A DNA stretch of 63,939 nucleotides, filler included, from Thraustochytrium aureum (Eukaryota): assembly GCA_012862495.1 (NCBI GenBank). It is 5 parts of 4 records of this genome, joined end to end, with 100 filler letters (N's around TTAATTAATTAA, not from the genome) between each part and the next. Parts side by side here need not be neighbours in the genome. Positions count along the whole stretch, not along the records: positions 1 to 25,493 come from BLSG01000245.1; positions 25,594 to 47,649 come from BLSG01000246.1; 3 more parts are not named here. One strand, given 5' to 3'. Below are positions 22,200-34,055 of this stretch, piece after piece. Positions within the stretch are counted from its first letter, which is position 1. Each line of letters opens with the position of its first letter. Made by a program: the position numbers and the translations under genes. The notes below the pieces were generated by a model. It did not search any database. It was given only the letters and a program-made list of their open reading frames with translations, and was not told the DNA's origin.

Positions 22200-24848
22200 A
22201 TGGCGATGCTGGTGCGCCTCTGCGCGGGTCGCTGGCGTCCGAGGACCACGGTGCGGAATTGGTGGATTCCTGGCGATGGTGACGACGACGGTGACGACGA
22301 TGTTGCGAGCCATGGTGCTGCTTCGCGTCGCCGCGATAATCATCGTGGTGGACCTGGAGGGATTGGGCGTGGACGACGGCGGACGTCGCCTGCGCCCAGG
22401 CGAATGAGCGAAGGTCGGCGCGGCGATTCGCGCGGAGACGGCTCAAGGAGGTCGGCGTCGTCAGGCCACGCGGAAGGCGCTCCGGCTTGGGTGGAAGGGG
22501 CGCCGGACTGGGCCCAGTCGCTGGTGCAGCGCATGCTCGTGGTGGAAGCGAATGTCTTGTCGCTTGCGCAGGGCAAGGCCGCGCTGGAGAGCAGGATTAC
22601 AGGCCTGGAGGGCGAGCTGGCGCGGCTCGACGACAAAGTGGGCGGCGATTTGGTGTCGCAGATCGACCGGTGTGTTCGGGATGGCAAGGTGCTCCTCCAC
22701 AGGTGCGAGACGGTCGAGGCCGGCGTGAGCCTGCTCAAGAGTCGCACCTCGCAAGCGTCCAAGGCTCTGACCAGCTCTCTGCAGAGCTCGTCCGCGTCGA
22801 TTCGTCGACGCGTGCTCGATTAGGTGCGCTCAATGGCCAGGTCGATGTGCTGACGCAAGCGGTGCAAGGCGAGCTGAGCCAGCGCGTGGCGCTGCTCTCG
22901 GGTGAGCGCGGCTTGCCGGCGATGTCCTCGTCGTCACCTGCGTTGTACCCAGCTCGGGATGGGGCAGCTGCTGCAGACGCGGACGCCGTCTCGAAGCGGG
23001 TCGCCGCGAGACAAAAGAAGAACAGGGCCGCGGCAGCGCGCCGCGGCTCTGGCGACTCCTCAACGAGCAACTTGCGTGTAGCCTCCATTGACACTGACTC
23101 TGTCTCGTCTGGGCGGTCCTCGAAAGGCGGCGACCGCGAGCCGACTGGCGGCCAAGTGACGGCGCAGCCTGCGCGGGCTGTCTCGCGTTCGCGCAGCGAG
23201 GCCTCCTCGAAACGTGCGTCNNNNNNNNNNNNNNNNNNNNNNNNNNNNNNNNNNNNNNNNNNNNNNNNNNNNNNNNNNNNNNNNNNNNNNNNNNNNNNNN
23301 NNNNNNNNNNNNNNNNNNNNNNNNNNNNNNNNNNNNNNNNNNNNNNNNNNNNNNNNNNNNNNNNNNNNNNNNNNNNNNNNNNNNNNNNNNNNNNNNNNNN
23401 NNNNNNNNNNNNNNNNNNNNNNNNNNNNNNNNNNNNNNNNNNNNNNNNNNNNNNNNNNNNNNNNNNNNNNNNNNNNNNNNNNNNNNNNNNNNNNNNNNNN
23501 NNNNNNNNNNNNNNNNNNNNNNNNNNNNNNNNNNNNNNNNNNNNNNNNNNNNNNNNNNNNNNNNNNNNNNNNNNNNNNNNNNNNNNNNNNNNNNNNNNNN
23601 NNNNNNNNNNNNNNNNNNNNNNNNNNNNNNNNNNNNNNNNNNNNNNNNNNNNNNNNNNNNNNNNNNNNNNNNNNNNNNNNNNNNNNNNNNNNNNNNNNNN
23701 NNNNNNNNNNNNNNNNNNNNNNNNNNNNNNNNNNNNNNNNNNNNNNNNNNNNNNNNNNNNNNNNNNNNNNNNNNNNNNNNNNNNNNNNNNNNNNNNNNNN
23801 NNNNNNNNNNNNNNNNNNNNNNNNNNNNNNNNNNNNNNNNNNNNNNNNNNNNNNNNNNNNNNNNNNNNNNNNNNNNNNNNNNNNNNNNNNNNNNNNNNNN
23901 NNNNNNNNNNNNNNNNNNNNNNNNNNNNNNNNNNNNNNNNNNNNNNNNNNNNNNNNCTGTCCGCTTCTCGCGCTGCCCGTCGACGGGCCGCCGAGTGGGG
24001 CGAGTCTGGAAGTGCGGGCAAGCGGCCCCGTGCGGAGACGGATTCTGGCGCGCAGGACCGCCAATGGCAGACGAAACGTAGCCGAGGGAGCGGGCTTAGG
24101 GATGCCCTGAGTGTTGCCGAGCTCGATTCGGACAGCGACCGGGGTGGCGAGGCGGAAGCAGACGCGAGTGAGGGCGAGACTGTGGGGCGTCTCGGCGCCA
24201 ACCGCTTGAATGCAAAAGGGCTGGGGGGCGGGTGGGCCTGCGGGCGCCAGCGCAAGCAGCAACGCGCTAGGAGAGGCCCTCAACCCGGCCAACGCCATTC
24301 ACCTCCCCGTCGGGCTCGTGCGGCAGGCGCCCAACAAGTTTGAGTATTATTGGCAGTTTTCCATCGGGATGGCAGAGCCCGTGGAGTGGGGCCCGATGCG
24401 GGTCGAGCCATTCATACATGGCAACGTGGGTGACCGCGGGGACTTTATTGGCTCGTGCTATACGGGCAAGTCTCGCGAGACGTGGGCTGCGCTCGACATT
24501 TTTTACGACAAGCACAAGCGCTGGCCGTCGTGGGCGCGCAGCAAGGCGACGGAGCGAGGAGGGCGCGTTCGGCACAGCCGTCTTCGGCTCGCGCCCGACG
24601 AGGTCCTCTCTGTGGCGGTTGTTGCGCAGAACATGGAAGGTCACCGCAACCGCCGACCGATCCACTCGTTCACAGCGGTTCGCTTTGACACTATCGCACG
24701 CCAGCGCGTCCGCCCCCCTCTTAGTGAGGACTGGAGCTACTACAGCTCGTACCGCACGGACAAGAGCGAGATCATTCTGGTGTTTGAGCGCGAGGCGGAG
24801 GACCGCCTTCGCCTGCGCCACGCATGCCTGCGAATCTACGTGACCTAA
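22200..24848 (+). CDS. Hypothetical protein: N-terminal coiled coil, low-complexity linker across a gap, globular aromatic-rich C-terminal domain (may be two genes)
   Basis: ORF 22200-22823 (APDWAQSLVQRM...coiled coil) and ORF ending 24848 (KFEYYWQFSIG...LRIYVT*) have coding-like composition on the same strand. Confidence 0.55.
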
Positions 24849-25593
24849 TGCCGTGCTAGAGCACCCTTGCCCCTTTTTTCCACTTGCCTTTCGTTCTCCT
24901 TGCTTCGTGACCAAGAGTGCGCGAGCAAGCTTTCAGAGAGCAGCCCCGCTATCGTTGCCGCGCGAAGATCCGCAAGTTGACCAAACTCGAGCAACCGTGC
25001 ACCCGAAAGTCTGTGATGATCTGCGACCAGCAGCAATGATGTTCTGCGACCCGCAGAGTCTGCACCATTCGAGGACTAAGCAGAACAGGAACACGCACAC
25101 CTTCCTCGCTCCACTGGTACTACGAGCGAGTACATACTCGTGTAGCCTGCACCATGCAGTTGGGGTGCTACTGGGCTGCGCCAAACGAGACGGGAGGCGC
25201 GACCTCGAACGTTGAACGTTGCGGCGCTGTCCAGCAGCGCCACCGGGAACGTCTCGAACGCCACAGAGGCGGCTCGCCCGAGGCCCGCCCCGAGAGAACC
25301 AGAACCCAGACGCGAATCAAAGCAACTACCCAGACGACGCAGCACTTGACAGATGGCAGCCCTGCGCCAGGCGTTGGTCGACACGAGACATCCACGACAA
25401 ACCCGCAAATGACCGCCTGCACATCAAACCTCGCGAAGAAAGCAAAGGCAAGCGCAGCAGGCCAGCCACGAGCGGCTTGAACCGCATCGAAAGNNNNNNN
25501 NNNNNNNNNNNNNNNNNNNNNNNNNNNNNNNNNNNNNTTAATTAATTAANNNNNNNNNNNNNNNNNNNNNNNNNNNNNNNNNNNNNNNNNNNN

Positions 25594-27197
25594 GAGCAAG
25601 AAGAAGGGCGGCAAGTATGTGCCCAAGACGCCGCTGGGGATGCGCGACTATCATCCGGCCGAGATGGCCGTGCGGGAGCAGGTTTTCGAGACGATCAAGG
25701 GCGTGTTCAAGCGACACGGCGCGGTGAGCATCGAGACGCCGGTCGCCGAGCTCAAGGAGACGCTGACCGGCAAGTACGGCGAGGATAGCAAACTCATCTA
25801 CGACCTGGCCGACCAGGGCGGCGAGATCCTGGCCCTGCGGTACGACCTCACCGTCCCCTTTGCGCGGTACTGCGCAGAGCACGGCGTTGAAAGCATCAAG
25901 CGGTACCACATCGCCCGCGTGTACCGGCGCGACAATCCTGTCATGACCAAGGGGCGCTACCGCGAGTTTTACCAGTGCGACTTTGACATCGCTGGCGAGT
26001 ACGAGCCCATGGTGCCCGACGCCGAGTGCGTCAAGATCCTCACGGACGTGCTCACCGAGCTGGACATCGGCGACTTCCTGGTCAAGATCAACCACCGTAA
26101 GTTGCAAACCACCACCCCGCAAACGCAATGAACGCTCCGGCTCGCCGCTTACAGAAAGCTGTACGTTTGCCGCCGCGCAGGCAAGATCCTCGACGGCATC
26201 TTCGAGGTGGCCGGCGTACCGCAAGAGCTGTTTCGCCCAATCTGCTCGGCCGTGGACAAGCTCGACAAGCTCGAGTGGGCTGAAGTGAAAAAGGAATGCT
26301 GNNNNNNNNNNNNNNNNNNNNNNNNNNNNNNNNNNNNNNNNNNNNNNNNNNNNNNNNNNNNNNNNNNNNNNNNNNNNNNNNNNNNNNNNNNNNNNNNNNN
26401 NNNNNNNNNNNNNNNNNNNNNNNNNNNNNNNNNNNNNNNNNNNNNNNNNNNNNNNNNNNNNNNNNNNNNNNNNNNNNNNNNNNNNNNNNNNNNNNNNNNN
26501 NNNNNNNNNNNNNNCCAAGGCTGGCCTCGACGCGATGATCGCCCTCTTCGACTACTGCGCGTGCCTCGGTGTGCCTGCCGACCGGGTCTCGTTCGACATA
26601 AGCATGGCGCGCGGCCTCGACTACTACACGGGCGTCATCTACGAGGCTGTTCTCGTCGGCGAGGAGGTCGGCTCCGTGGCCGGTGGCGGCAGGTACGACG
26701 AGCTCGTGGGCATGTTCCTCGCGGCAAAGTCGAGCCGCAAGAAGAGCGGGCCCGGTCGCAAGATCCCCTGCGTGGGCGTCTCGCTCGGCATCGAGCGCCT
26801 CTTCACCGTTGTGGCGCGCCGGCGCGAGGCCCAGGGCGTCACGTATGACCTCGCAGCGCGTCCCACGCAGGTTCAGGTCATCGGCGTCTCCTCCGCAGAG
26901 GACAAGTACGACATACTGCGCGAGCGCTTGCGCGTCTGCAACGAGCTTTGGTCGGCAGGCATCCGCGCCGAGACCGCGTACAAGGTCAACGCCAAGGTGA
27001 TGACCCAGTTTCAGCTCTGCGAGAACGAGCGAATCCCGTTTTCCGTCATCATCGGCGCTGACGAGCTCGCGGCCGGCTCTGTCAAGGTGCGGAAAACCGT
27101 GACTCCGCAAGAGCACGAGGCTGGCGTCGAGCGCGAGGAGCGCCTCGTGCCCAGGTCGGAGATGGTCCAAGTGCTCAAGCAGTACCTTGAGATGTGA
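25594..27197 (+). CDS. HARS: Histidyl-tRNA synthetase, eukaryotic cytosolic type (5' truncated by gap; intron 26097-26180)
   Basis: [81 protein letters not shown]. Confidence 0.97.
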
Positions 27198-27296
27198 GAG
27201 AACACTCGCGCAGTGGCGAGAAAGACTTGCCATGAATATTCGCTGCTCTCCTCTGCAAAAGTTAGCAGGGTCTCGCGCTCGCGCTGCTGCTAGGCT

Positions 27297-30200
27297 TCAC
27301 AGCTCACGCGCGAGCCCGCTCCCTTGAGAGCTCGGCGCAGACCCGCCGTCCGACATAGAAAGCCGAGGTCGTCGGCTCGCCGAAAGATCTTCTTCATCCA
27401 CTAGGTTTGCAGGCCACAGCGGCTGAGCGGCGTCCATCGCGGCGTCCATCACGGCGTCAACCGCAATAGGCGGGTCTTGCGATCCACAGAGCGACATTGG
27501 CATCGGGCTGCTCTCAGAGTAGACTCGGCGCGGGCGCTTTTGTGGGGTTTGTGGTCCTTTCCCGGCGACATTCGCGCCAGCACTCTCGCTCAGATTCCCG
27601 CAGACCTCCGCGCGACGCGCTTCGCCACAACCTAGGTCGCGCGGCAGCTCCGCCAGGAAACTGCCTATCGCGGCCGCCAAATTGTGCCCGTCCTTGCGGA
27701 CCCAGTCGCGCGCCCAGGCCGCGATGCTACCGCTCGTTCTCACTTGCTTGAAACGCTTGTCCATGAGAAAGATGAACCCGTAGTCGTCGCGATGGCGGAT
27801 CAAGCGCCCAAGCGCTTGGTTAAGCGCGCGGAACGCCTGCATTTGCAGCCAGGCAGACCCACTGGGGTAGCTTGGGCGCAACAGCCGCTGGCTGTCATTC
27901 CACTTCTTCTTGAGAATTACTGCGGGATCGCGCGTGTTTGGGAACGGGATCGACACGAGAAACACTGCGCGGCAGAACTCGTCGCAAAAGTTGACACCCT
28001 CAGACAGCCTACCGCGATAGACGCAGAGCAGGACCGGACTCCTCCCGCTGCTCACGAGCCCCTCGAACTCGCAGCGAAGGGCCTCAAAGCCAGCGTTGCC
28101 GCCTTCAGACGACTCGTAGAGGACCGGACCACGCGACCGAGCAATCGCCTCTTCGAGGCCGTGCCTCCGCCAGATGCGCCTCATGCTGCTGACCTTGCTG
28201 TAGCTCGGANNNNNNNNNNNNNNNNNNNNNNNNNNNNNNNNNNNNNNNNNNNNNNNNNNNNNNNNNNNNNNNNNNNNNNNNNNNNNNNNNNNNNNNNNNN
28301 NNNNNNNNNNNNNNNNNNNNNNNNNNNNNNNNNNNNNNNNNNNNNNNNNNNNNNNNNNNNNNNNNNNNNNNNNNNNNNNNNNNNNNNNNNNNNNNNNNNN
28401 NNNNNNNNNNNNNNNNNNNNNNNNNCCTCCAGGAGCTTGACAGATGCATAGGTCCCGTCGATCTCGAGGCGCGTCGGGGTTGCCTCGACCACGCCTAGGT
28501 AGACCTGCTCGCGGCGGATCACGTGCCGCAGGTGCAAGGTCGAGCGCAGGCGCCGAACAAACCCCTCGCCTAGCTCAACAGGGTCCATCGGGAACAGCGT
28601 CCCGCTCGTCAGCAGCACACTGTGCGCGTACGATTCTGTGGAGCTAAATATCACGGCGGGGTCGAGCAGGATCATCTCCAATATAATTACAAACTCGCTC
28701 GCCCACGCTCCCGCCCCGCCGTCCGGGATGTAGTCGCCGTGCTCCATCCCAACATTGCTGTAGCGGCAGCACTGCCGCTCGTACGGGGCAAAGCCCCGAT
28801 AGTCGTGCGCCGGGCGAAGCTTACCAGCCACGTTTGGCTCCGCGCGGATGATCACAGAGTACTGCGCGTTGTGCGAAAGCATGAGATGGAGAACGCGCAG
28901 AAACTCGGGCGCGTCGTCGCAAATGCTCGCAATGTAGCTCGGCATCCCTTGGCCTGACGGGGCCTCGCGCATCGCTGCGACCAGGGACTCGAGCTGCATG
29001 ATGGCTTCCTCTAGATCACTGGCGCTCAAGTGCATCGCAGCGGGAAGCGTGTGCACGGTCCCCGCGTGAAGCGTCCTCAGCGCAATGCTCTCCTCCTGCG
29101 AGGCAAAGCTTCCGCCAGCGCGCTTGCTCATCAGCTCTTCCTCGAGGCTGAGAAGATAGACGGCTACGCGGTCCATCACGACCATCACACTGAGAGCCAG
29201 CTCGCCCACGCTCAAGTCGCTGTTGTTTATTTTCTCCTTCCGGAACGACCCGAGGGTGCACAAGTCGCGTACGGCTTCCATCGCCTGGAAGCTGGTCCAA
29301 GAGGCGCTACCAGCTTCGCGGCACACCGTGTCCACGTTGTGGCCCTCATCAAAGACCATCACGATGTTTGGCGTGTCTGGCTCGTCCCCAAGGAGCGAGC
29401 GGCGAATCGTCGGGTTGATCAAATACTGGTACGGGCAAATAACGAGTTGCGACCCACGCTGCAGTACGCGCGACGAGTAGAAAGCGCACCCGTCGTGCTG
29501 CTCGCCAAACGAGCGCAGGTCTTCGATGTCGAGGACGCCGCCGGGCTCGTCAGAACTAGGGTCGGGCCGCGTCGCCTCAAACAACCTGCTCGCGAACGCA
29601 GGACTCGTCAAGCTTTTGTATGGGCTGCACTTGTCGCTCGCGCGAGCCTGCCTGCACAAAGCGGAAAGTTGCGCAACACGCGAGTTTGGCCGCTTCTTGC
29701 CCGTCAGAGTGCACAGGTGGGTCCGCGACCCGATGCAGGTCACGCAGGGCCGGTAGGGGGTGCCAGCTATCGCCTTGGCGACCTGACGCGCCTGGCTGTG
29801 GGTGCGCGTAGAGTACCAGATCTGGATCGGCATACCGTTCGTCTCGGGCCATCCTGCCAAGTCCTGGCCGCGTTGCCACGCCAGCGTTGAGCAAAGGATG
29901 GCCGCGGTTTTCCCTGTCCCAGTAGGCGATTCGATCAGCGCGTGGCCGCCCGACTTCGTGGCTTGAATGATCTGCGACATCATCGAGAGCTGCGGAGGCA
30001 GTGGCTTGGCGAACGGGAACTCGACGCGCACGCCACTCATTGTGAGCACCCTCCTTGACTTTGCTTTCACGGTCGGGCAAGGACCCCACCTTGTCCTCAG
30101 AAGAGCTGGGGCACCGTGCTTTTGCAGGAGGCCCGCGGCGAGGGTTGCGCTGCGCAAGTTGATCCTGGAGTGCAGGACGTCCACCTTGTTCAAATCACCT

Positions 30201-31639
30201 TCAAAGCCCTCCCCCACGGCCCTTGCCCTGTAGGTTGAAACGAGATCCTCGTAGCTGACTTGGACCGGTCGCGCGGCGCCTGTGCCATGCGAGAATAGGT
30301 CCGCTTTCATGGCCTCGGGCTCCGCGTTGGCTGTTGGTGCCTGTTCCGGGTCGGGCTTTGGACTCGCACATGTTCCGATTGCTGCGGCGGGCACGACGGC
30401 GACTTTTGCGTTTTTCGCACGGTCGACTACAACCTCCTCCTCCTCCTCCTCGTCGTCATCGTCGATAACCACGACAACCTGCGCTAAATCCTTTCGCGCC
30501 TTGCCCAGACTCTTGTTGATTGCGCTTGCAGTGGCCCCATGAATAACGCCGGCGCGAGACTGCGCGTTGCTTGCCTCTTCCTCGTCGTCAACTTCAATTG
30601 CAGCGACGTGTGCCGTCGCCTCGCGAGCGCCGTGATCGCCTTGGATTGCGGGCTTGTAAACCACTTGCCCGGTTTTTTCGCACTTGAACGCCTCGATCAG
30701 GTTGCAGCCCAGAGGAGCTCTGTCCACAGCGGCTTGGAACGCGGTTGCCGGGACGACGCCGGAAAGCGATTTGGAGCATAGGGGACACCGCGTCCCTCGC
30801 GATCGGCTCAATGCAAGCAGTGAAGCGCGGTCCACGCACTGCAAGTGCGTGCAGCGTGACCCGCGCACGGCGTCCTTGAAGCGCGACATCCCAATCGGGC
30901 AGCACACGCTAAGGAGCTGCTTGCCGACTACGAGGTCCTCCTCGTCGTCAAGAGGCGTTTGGTCTCCGCCCTCCTTTGAGGGCGCTGGAACAGCGCTTGC
31001 CGCAGTGGCTGTGCCAGGCGTTCGCTCGCCGGCATTGCTTGGCAACCGGCTCAACTTGGCGGTCCGCTTAAACTCGAGGGTTGGCAGCTGTGCGGCCCGA
31101 AAGACCTCCACGGCCTCAGCCTCCGAGCTCCCACGCAAACCTAGCGCCGCGAGGCTCCGACCGTTCACGGCGACAAGACAATCGCCTTTAGCGACGAGGC
31201 ACCCAGGCGCGGAAGATACCACGCCGTCCTGGCATGCGGCTTCGCACATCACAATGACGTTGAGCAGGCCGCGTTGCTCGCGTCGCAAAACGAGCGTGCA
31301 CCGGTCTCCAATCCGCACGGCCTGCTTCCAGAGCCGCTCCAGTTTGCCCCGGCGGTACGCCAGGGCGCCAACCCGTACAAGAAGGTCTCCGTCCCGGACG
31401 TGGGGCGTCGCTGGCCACCTCACCTTGACAACTCCGCACGCCTTGCCGTTCTTCACGCAGTCCTCCACAGCAAACCACGGCAGCGCAGCCACCTCTGCGG
31501 TCGCCTCAAACTCCACCGTCACCATGATCGTCACAGCCGCCGCCATCACGCGGGAGCCGGGTCTCTGCAGCGTGCTCGAAGCGACTCCGCCTCCGCCGCC
31601 ATCGTGGCTTTGGTGCCCAGGCACCTGACGCGTGGACAT
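27297..31639 (-). CDS. XPD/FANCJ/RTEL1-family Fe-S DNA helicase with N-terminal PDZ-like, SP-RING (zf-MIZ) and SIM-like modules; internal gap 28210-28425; start uncertain (31639 or 31546)
   Basis: VEFPFAKPLPPQ, ESPTGTGKT, YSTRTHSQ, Fe-S cysteines (SRTHLC...LC...KC...GCAFY), LDIEDL, CPYQYL, FDEGHN, LTSGTL, RGRLSEGVNF, IPFPN, AFRALNQALGRLIRHRDDYG. Confidence 0.9.
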
Positions 31640-32160
31640 TCCGAGCAACGCGCAGACATGCCCAGGCAAGCACGCAAACGGTCGCGTACGCTCTGCTCCT
31701 GCAGCCCCTGCAGCCCCTGCAGCTCCTGCAGCTCCTGCAGCTCCTGCTGCTGCTGCTGCTGCTGCTGGTGTTCGTGGTCGTTCGGGGTCTGCTCGCGCGA
31801 GGTCGTCAGTTTCACCACCGCTTACTTGGACTCGGGTCCCTTTCGGGTCGAGAAACTGGCGGTGGTCGAGGCGTCCGAGGTCCTGGCGCTGCGCGAGCTG
31901 CTCCGAGCTGCGCGAGCTGGCGGCGCGCATGACGAGGCTGGCTTCGTGATGCTGGCAATGCCGCGCTGCTTTTGTGGCGGTGCTGGGTTTCTTGCTCGCA
32001 TGATGGATGTTGATGATGATGGTGATGGTGTTTGCGGCGTGGGACGAGGGTGAAGCCCGCCCCCCGAGGAGGAGTCTAACGAGTGCGCGAGGGCGCGCAG
32101 GAGAGAGTGATTCTGCTTTTTCATTTCGCCGCCCAGTCTCTGCCGCAGTGGCGGGCAGCG

Positions 32161-33723
32161 TTAGTAGATCGACCCGCCCAGGCCCTCCTCGAGGACGTGC
32201 GCGAGCATGGCTTGACTGTTTCGGCAACTCTTCTCCGGCTCTACAAAGCTCTTCGTAGACTGAATCGCGTTAAACTCGATGTCGAGGTTCTTGAGCGACG
32301 GCATCTCGCGCAGGGCGACCGGGATCTGGCGCAGCCGGTTGGCCCTCAAGTTGAGCGTCTTGAGCTTGGAAAGCGTCCGAAATTCGCGCGGCAAACTGCG
32401 CAGGAGGTTGCTGCCGGCCTGCAGCTCCGTGAGCGCAGCAAGCCGGTAGAAGGCCGCTGGGAGCGCAACGAGCTCGTTCGCCTCGACCACGAGCTTGTCT
32501 AGGCTGCTCAGAGAGCCGATTGACTCGGGCAGAAGCCGCAATGCATTGCGGCTCAAGTCGAGCTCCTCGAGAGCCGCCATGCCATCGAAAATGTCTGGCA
32601 GCGCCCTCAGACGGTTGCTGCTGAGGTCGAGGTACACAAGTTCAGACAACTGACCGAGCTCCTGCGGCAGCTCGGAAATCTCGTTTTGCGACGCATAAAG
32701 CTCTGTCAGCGACGCGAGCGCCCCGACGTCGCGCGGGAGTCGCTTCAGCTGGTTTTGATCCAACAGAAGCCGCTCGAGCTCGCCAAAGGCGCTAAAGACG
32801 CCCTCGGGGATCGAAGCGAAGCGGTTGTTCTCCAGGTCGAGCTCGAGCAGCCCCCGAAGCCCCGAGAGGTTGGCCGGCAAAGCCTCCAAGAAGTTGTCCC
32901 GGAGCAGCACTGTCTCCAACGACTGGAGGCCCGCACCAAAGCAAGCCGGCAAAGCGGCCAACTGGTTTGCGTTTGCGTCGAGGTGCTGCAAGCTGTCGAG
33001 GTCGCAAATCTCCTCGGGCAGGCGCTGCNNNNNNNNNNNNNNNNNNNNNNNNNNNNNNNNNNNNNNNNNNNNNNNNNNNNNNNNNNNNNNNNNNNNNNNN
33101 NNNNNNNNNNNNNNNNNNNNNNNNNNNNNNNNNNNNNNNNNNNNNNNNNNNNNNNNNNNNNNNNNNNNNNNNNNNNNNNNNNNNNNNNNNNNNNNNNNNN
33201 NNNNNNNNNNNNNNNNNNNNNNNNNNNNNNNNNNNNNNNNNNNNNNNNNNNNNNNNNACTCGGCCGCATCCAACATCTCGAGACTCGTTAAATGCGCGAG
33301 CCGCTCGGGGAGAGCAGCAAGACGGGCGTTCTTGCGGAGGGATAGGATTCGGAGGCTCGGCGGCAACGAGTCGGGGAGGCACTCTATGGCGTTGCTCTCG
33401 AGCAAAAGCACCTCGAGCTCGACGAGCGCGCCAATCTGCTCTGGTATGCACCCGCCGATGCCTTCGTCCCGCAATTCGATTTCTGTCAGGGCCGACAGCT
33501 GGCCGAGCGACGCTGGGATTTCGAACGAGCCATGGGCGCCTCTCTCCAGTTTGACGCCAAGCGCGGCCTCCAGCTCTGCCACGCTCCTCACCTTTCGCAG
33601 CGGCTCTTGCGCGGCTTGCGCGGCACGCCCCCCGCTGGTTGGCGCTGCGAAGAGGACGAGGAGGAGGAGGAGGAGGAGGGCCGCTGTAAGCGCAGGGCCC
33701 TCGTGCGACAAGATCCTCGCCAT
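32161..33723 (-). CDS. Leucine-rich repeat protein with N-terminal signal peptide/anchor (internal gap)
   Basis: Hydrophobic leader AALLLLLLLVLFAA, then many LxxLxLxxNxLxxLP repeats. Confidence 0.9.
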   Translation of the reverse strand: MARILSHEGPALTAALLLLLLLVLFAAPTSGGRAAQAAQEPLRKVRSVAELEAALGVKLERGAHGSFEIPASLGQLSALTEIELRDEGIGGCIPEQIGALVELEVLLLESNAIECLPDSLPPSLRILSLRKNARLAALPERLAHLTSLEMLDAAEXXXXXXXXXXXXXXXXXXXXXXXXXXXXXXXXXXXXXXXXXXXXXXXXXXXXXXXXXXXXXXXXXXXXXXXXXXXXXQRLPEEICDLDSLQHLDANANQLAALPACFGAGLQSLETVLLRDNFLEALPANLSGLRGLLELDLENNRFASIPEGVFSAFGELERLLLDQNQLKRLPRDVGALASLTELYASQNEISELPQELGQLSELVYLDLSSNRLRALPDIFDGMAALEELDLSRNALRLLPESIGSLSSLDKLVVEANELVALPAAFYRLAALTELQAGSNLLRSLPREFRTLSKLKTLNLRANRLRQIPVALREMPSLKNLDIEFNAIQSTKSFVEPEKSCRNSQAMLAHVLEEGLGGSIY

Positions 33724-34055
33724 CTCGAGCGAGCGAACCTCCCCGCGCGACGGCCAACTCGGCGCAAGGCAAGAGCGGCGCCGCTGCAGGGGCCCGAGGG
33801 GCTGGCGCGCCGCCGCAACCGCCGCCGCCGCCGCCGCAACAGGTGGCCGAGCGATCCGAGCGGTCCGAGAGCGAGCGGGTCTACTGGAAGAAGAGCGCCT
33901 GCAGACCTGAGCAAGCAAATAGAATCGATGGTGAGTGGTATCTCTCTATCCCTCAAGCGCTCAAGCGCTCGAGCTAGCTCGAGCTAGTTGAGAGAGCAAG
34001 CTACAAGCTAGTGCGAGGCAGATGGCAAGGCGGCTCAGAGCGCGGTCGGCGGCGC

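Noticed and set aside
24853..25493. Short ORFs upstream of HisRS
   Set aside because: No family motifs; likely UTR or intergenic.
25538..25549. TTAATTAATTAA islands flanked by Ns (also ~47694, 60771, 62390)
   Set aside because: Identical all-frame-stop linkers inside uniform N runs are assembly spacers, not biology; adjacency across them is less certain.
31640..32227. Extension of the helicase ORF to 32227
   Set aside because: It overlaps the LRR gene end, starts at a non-ATG codon and reads through simple repeats; probably an open 5' flank.
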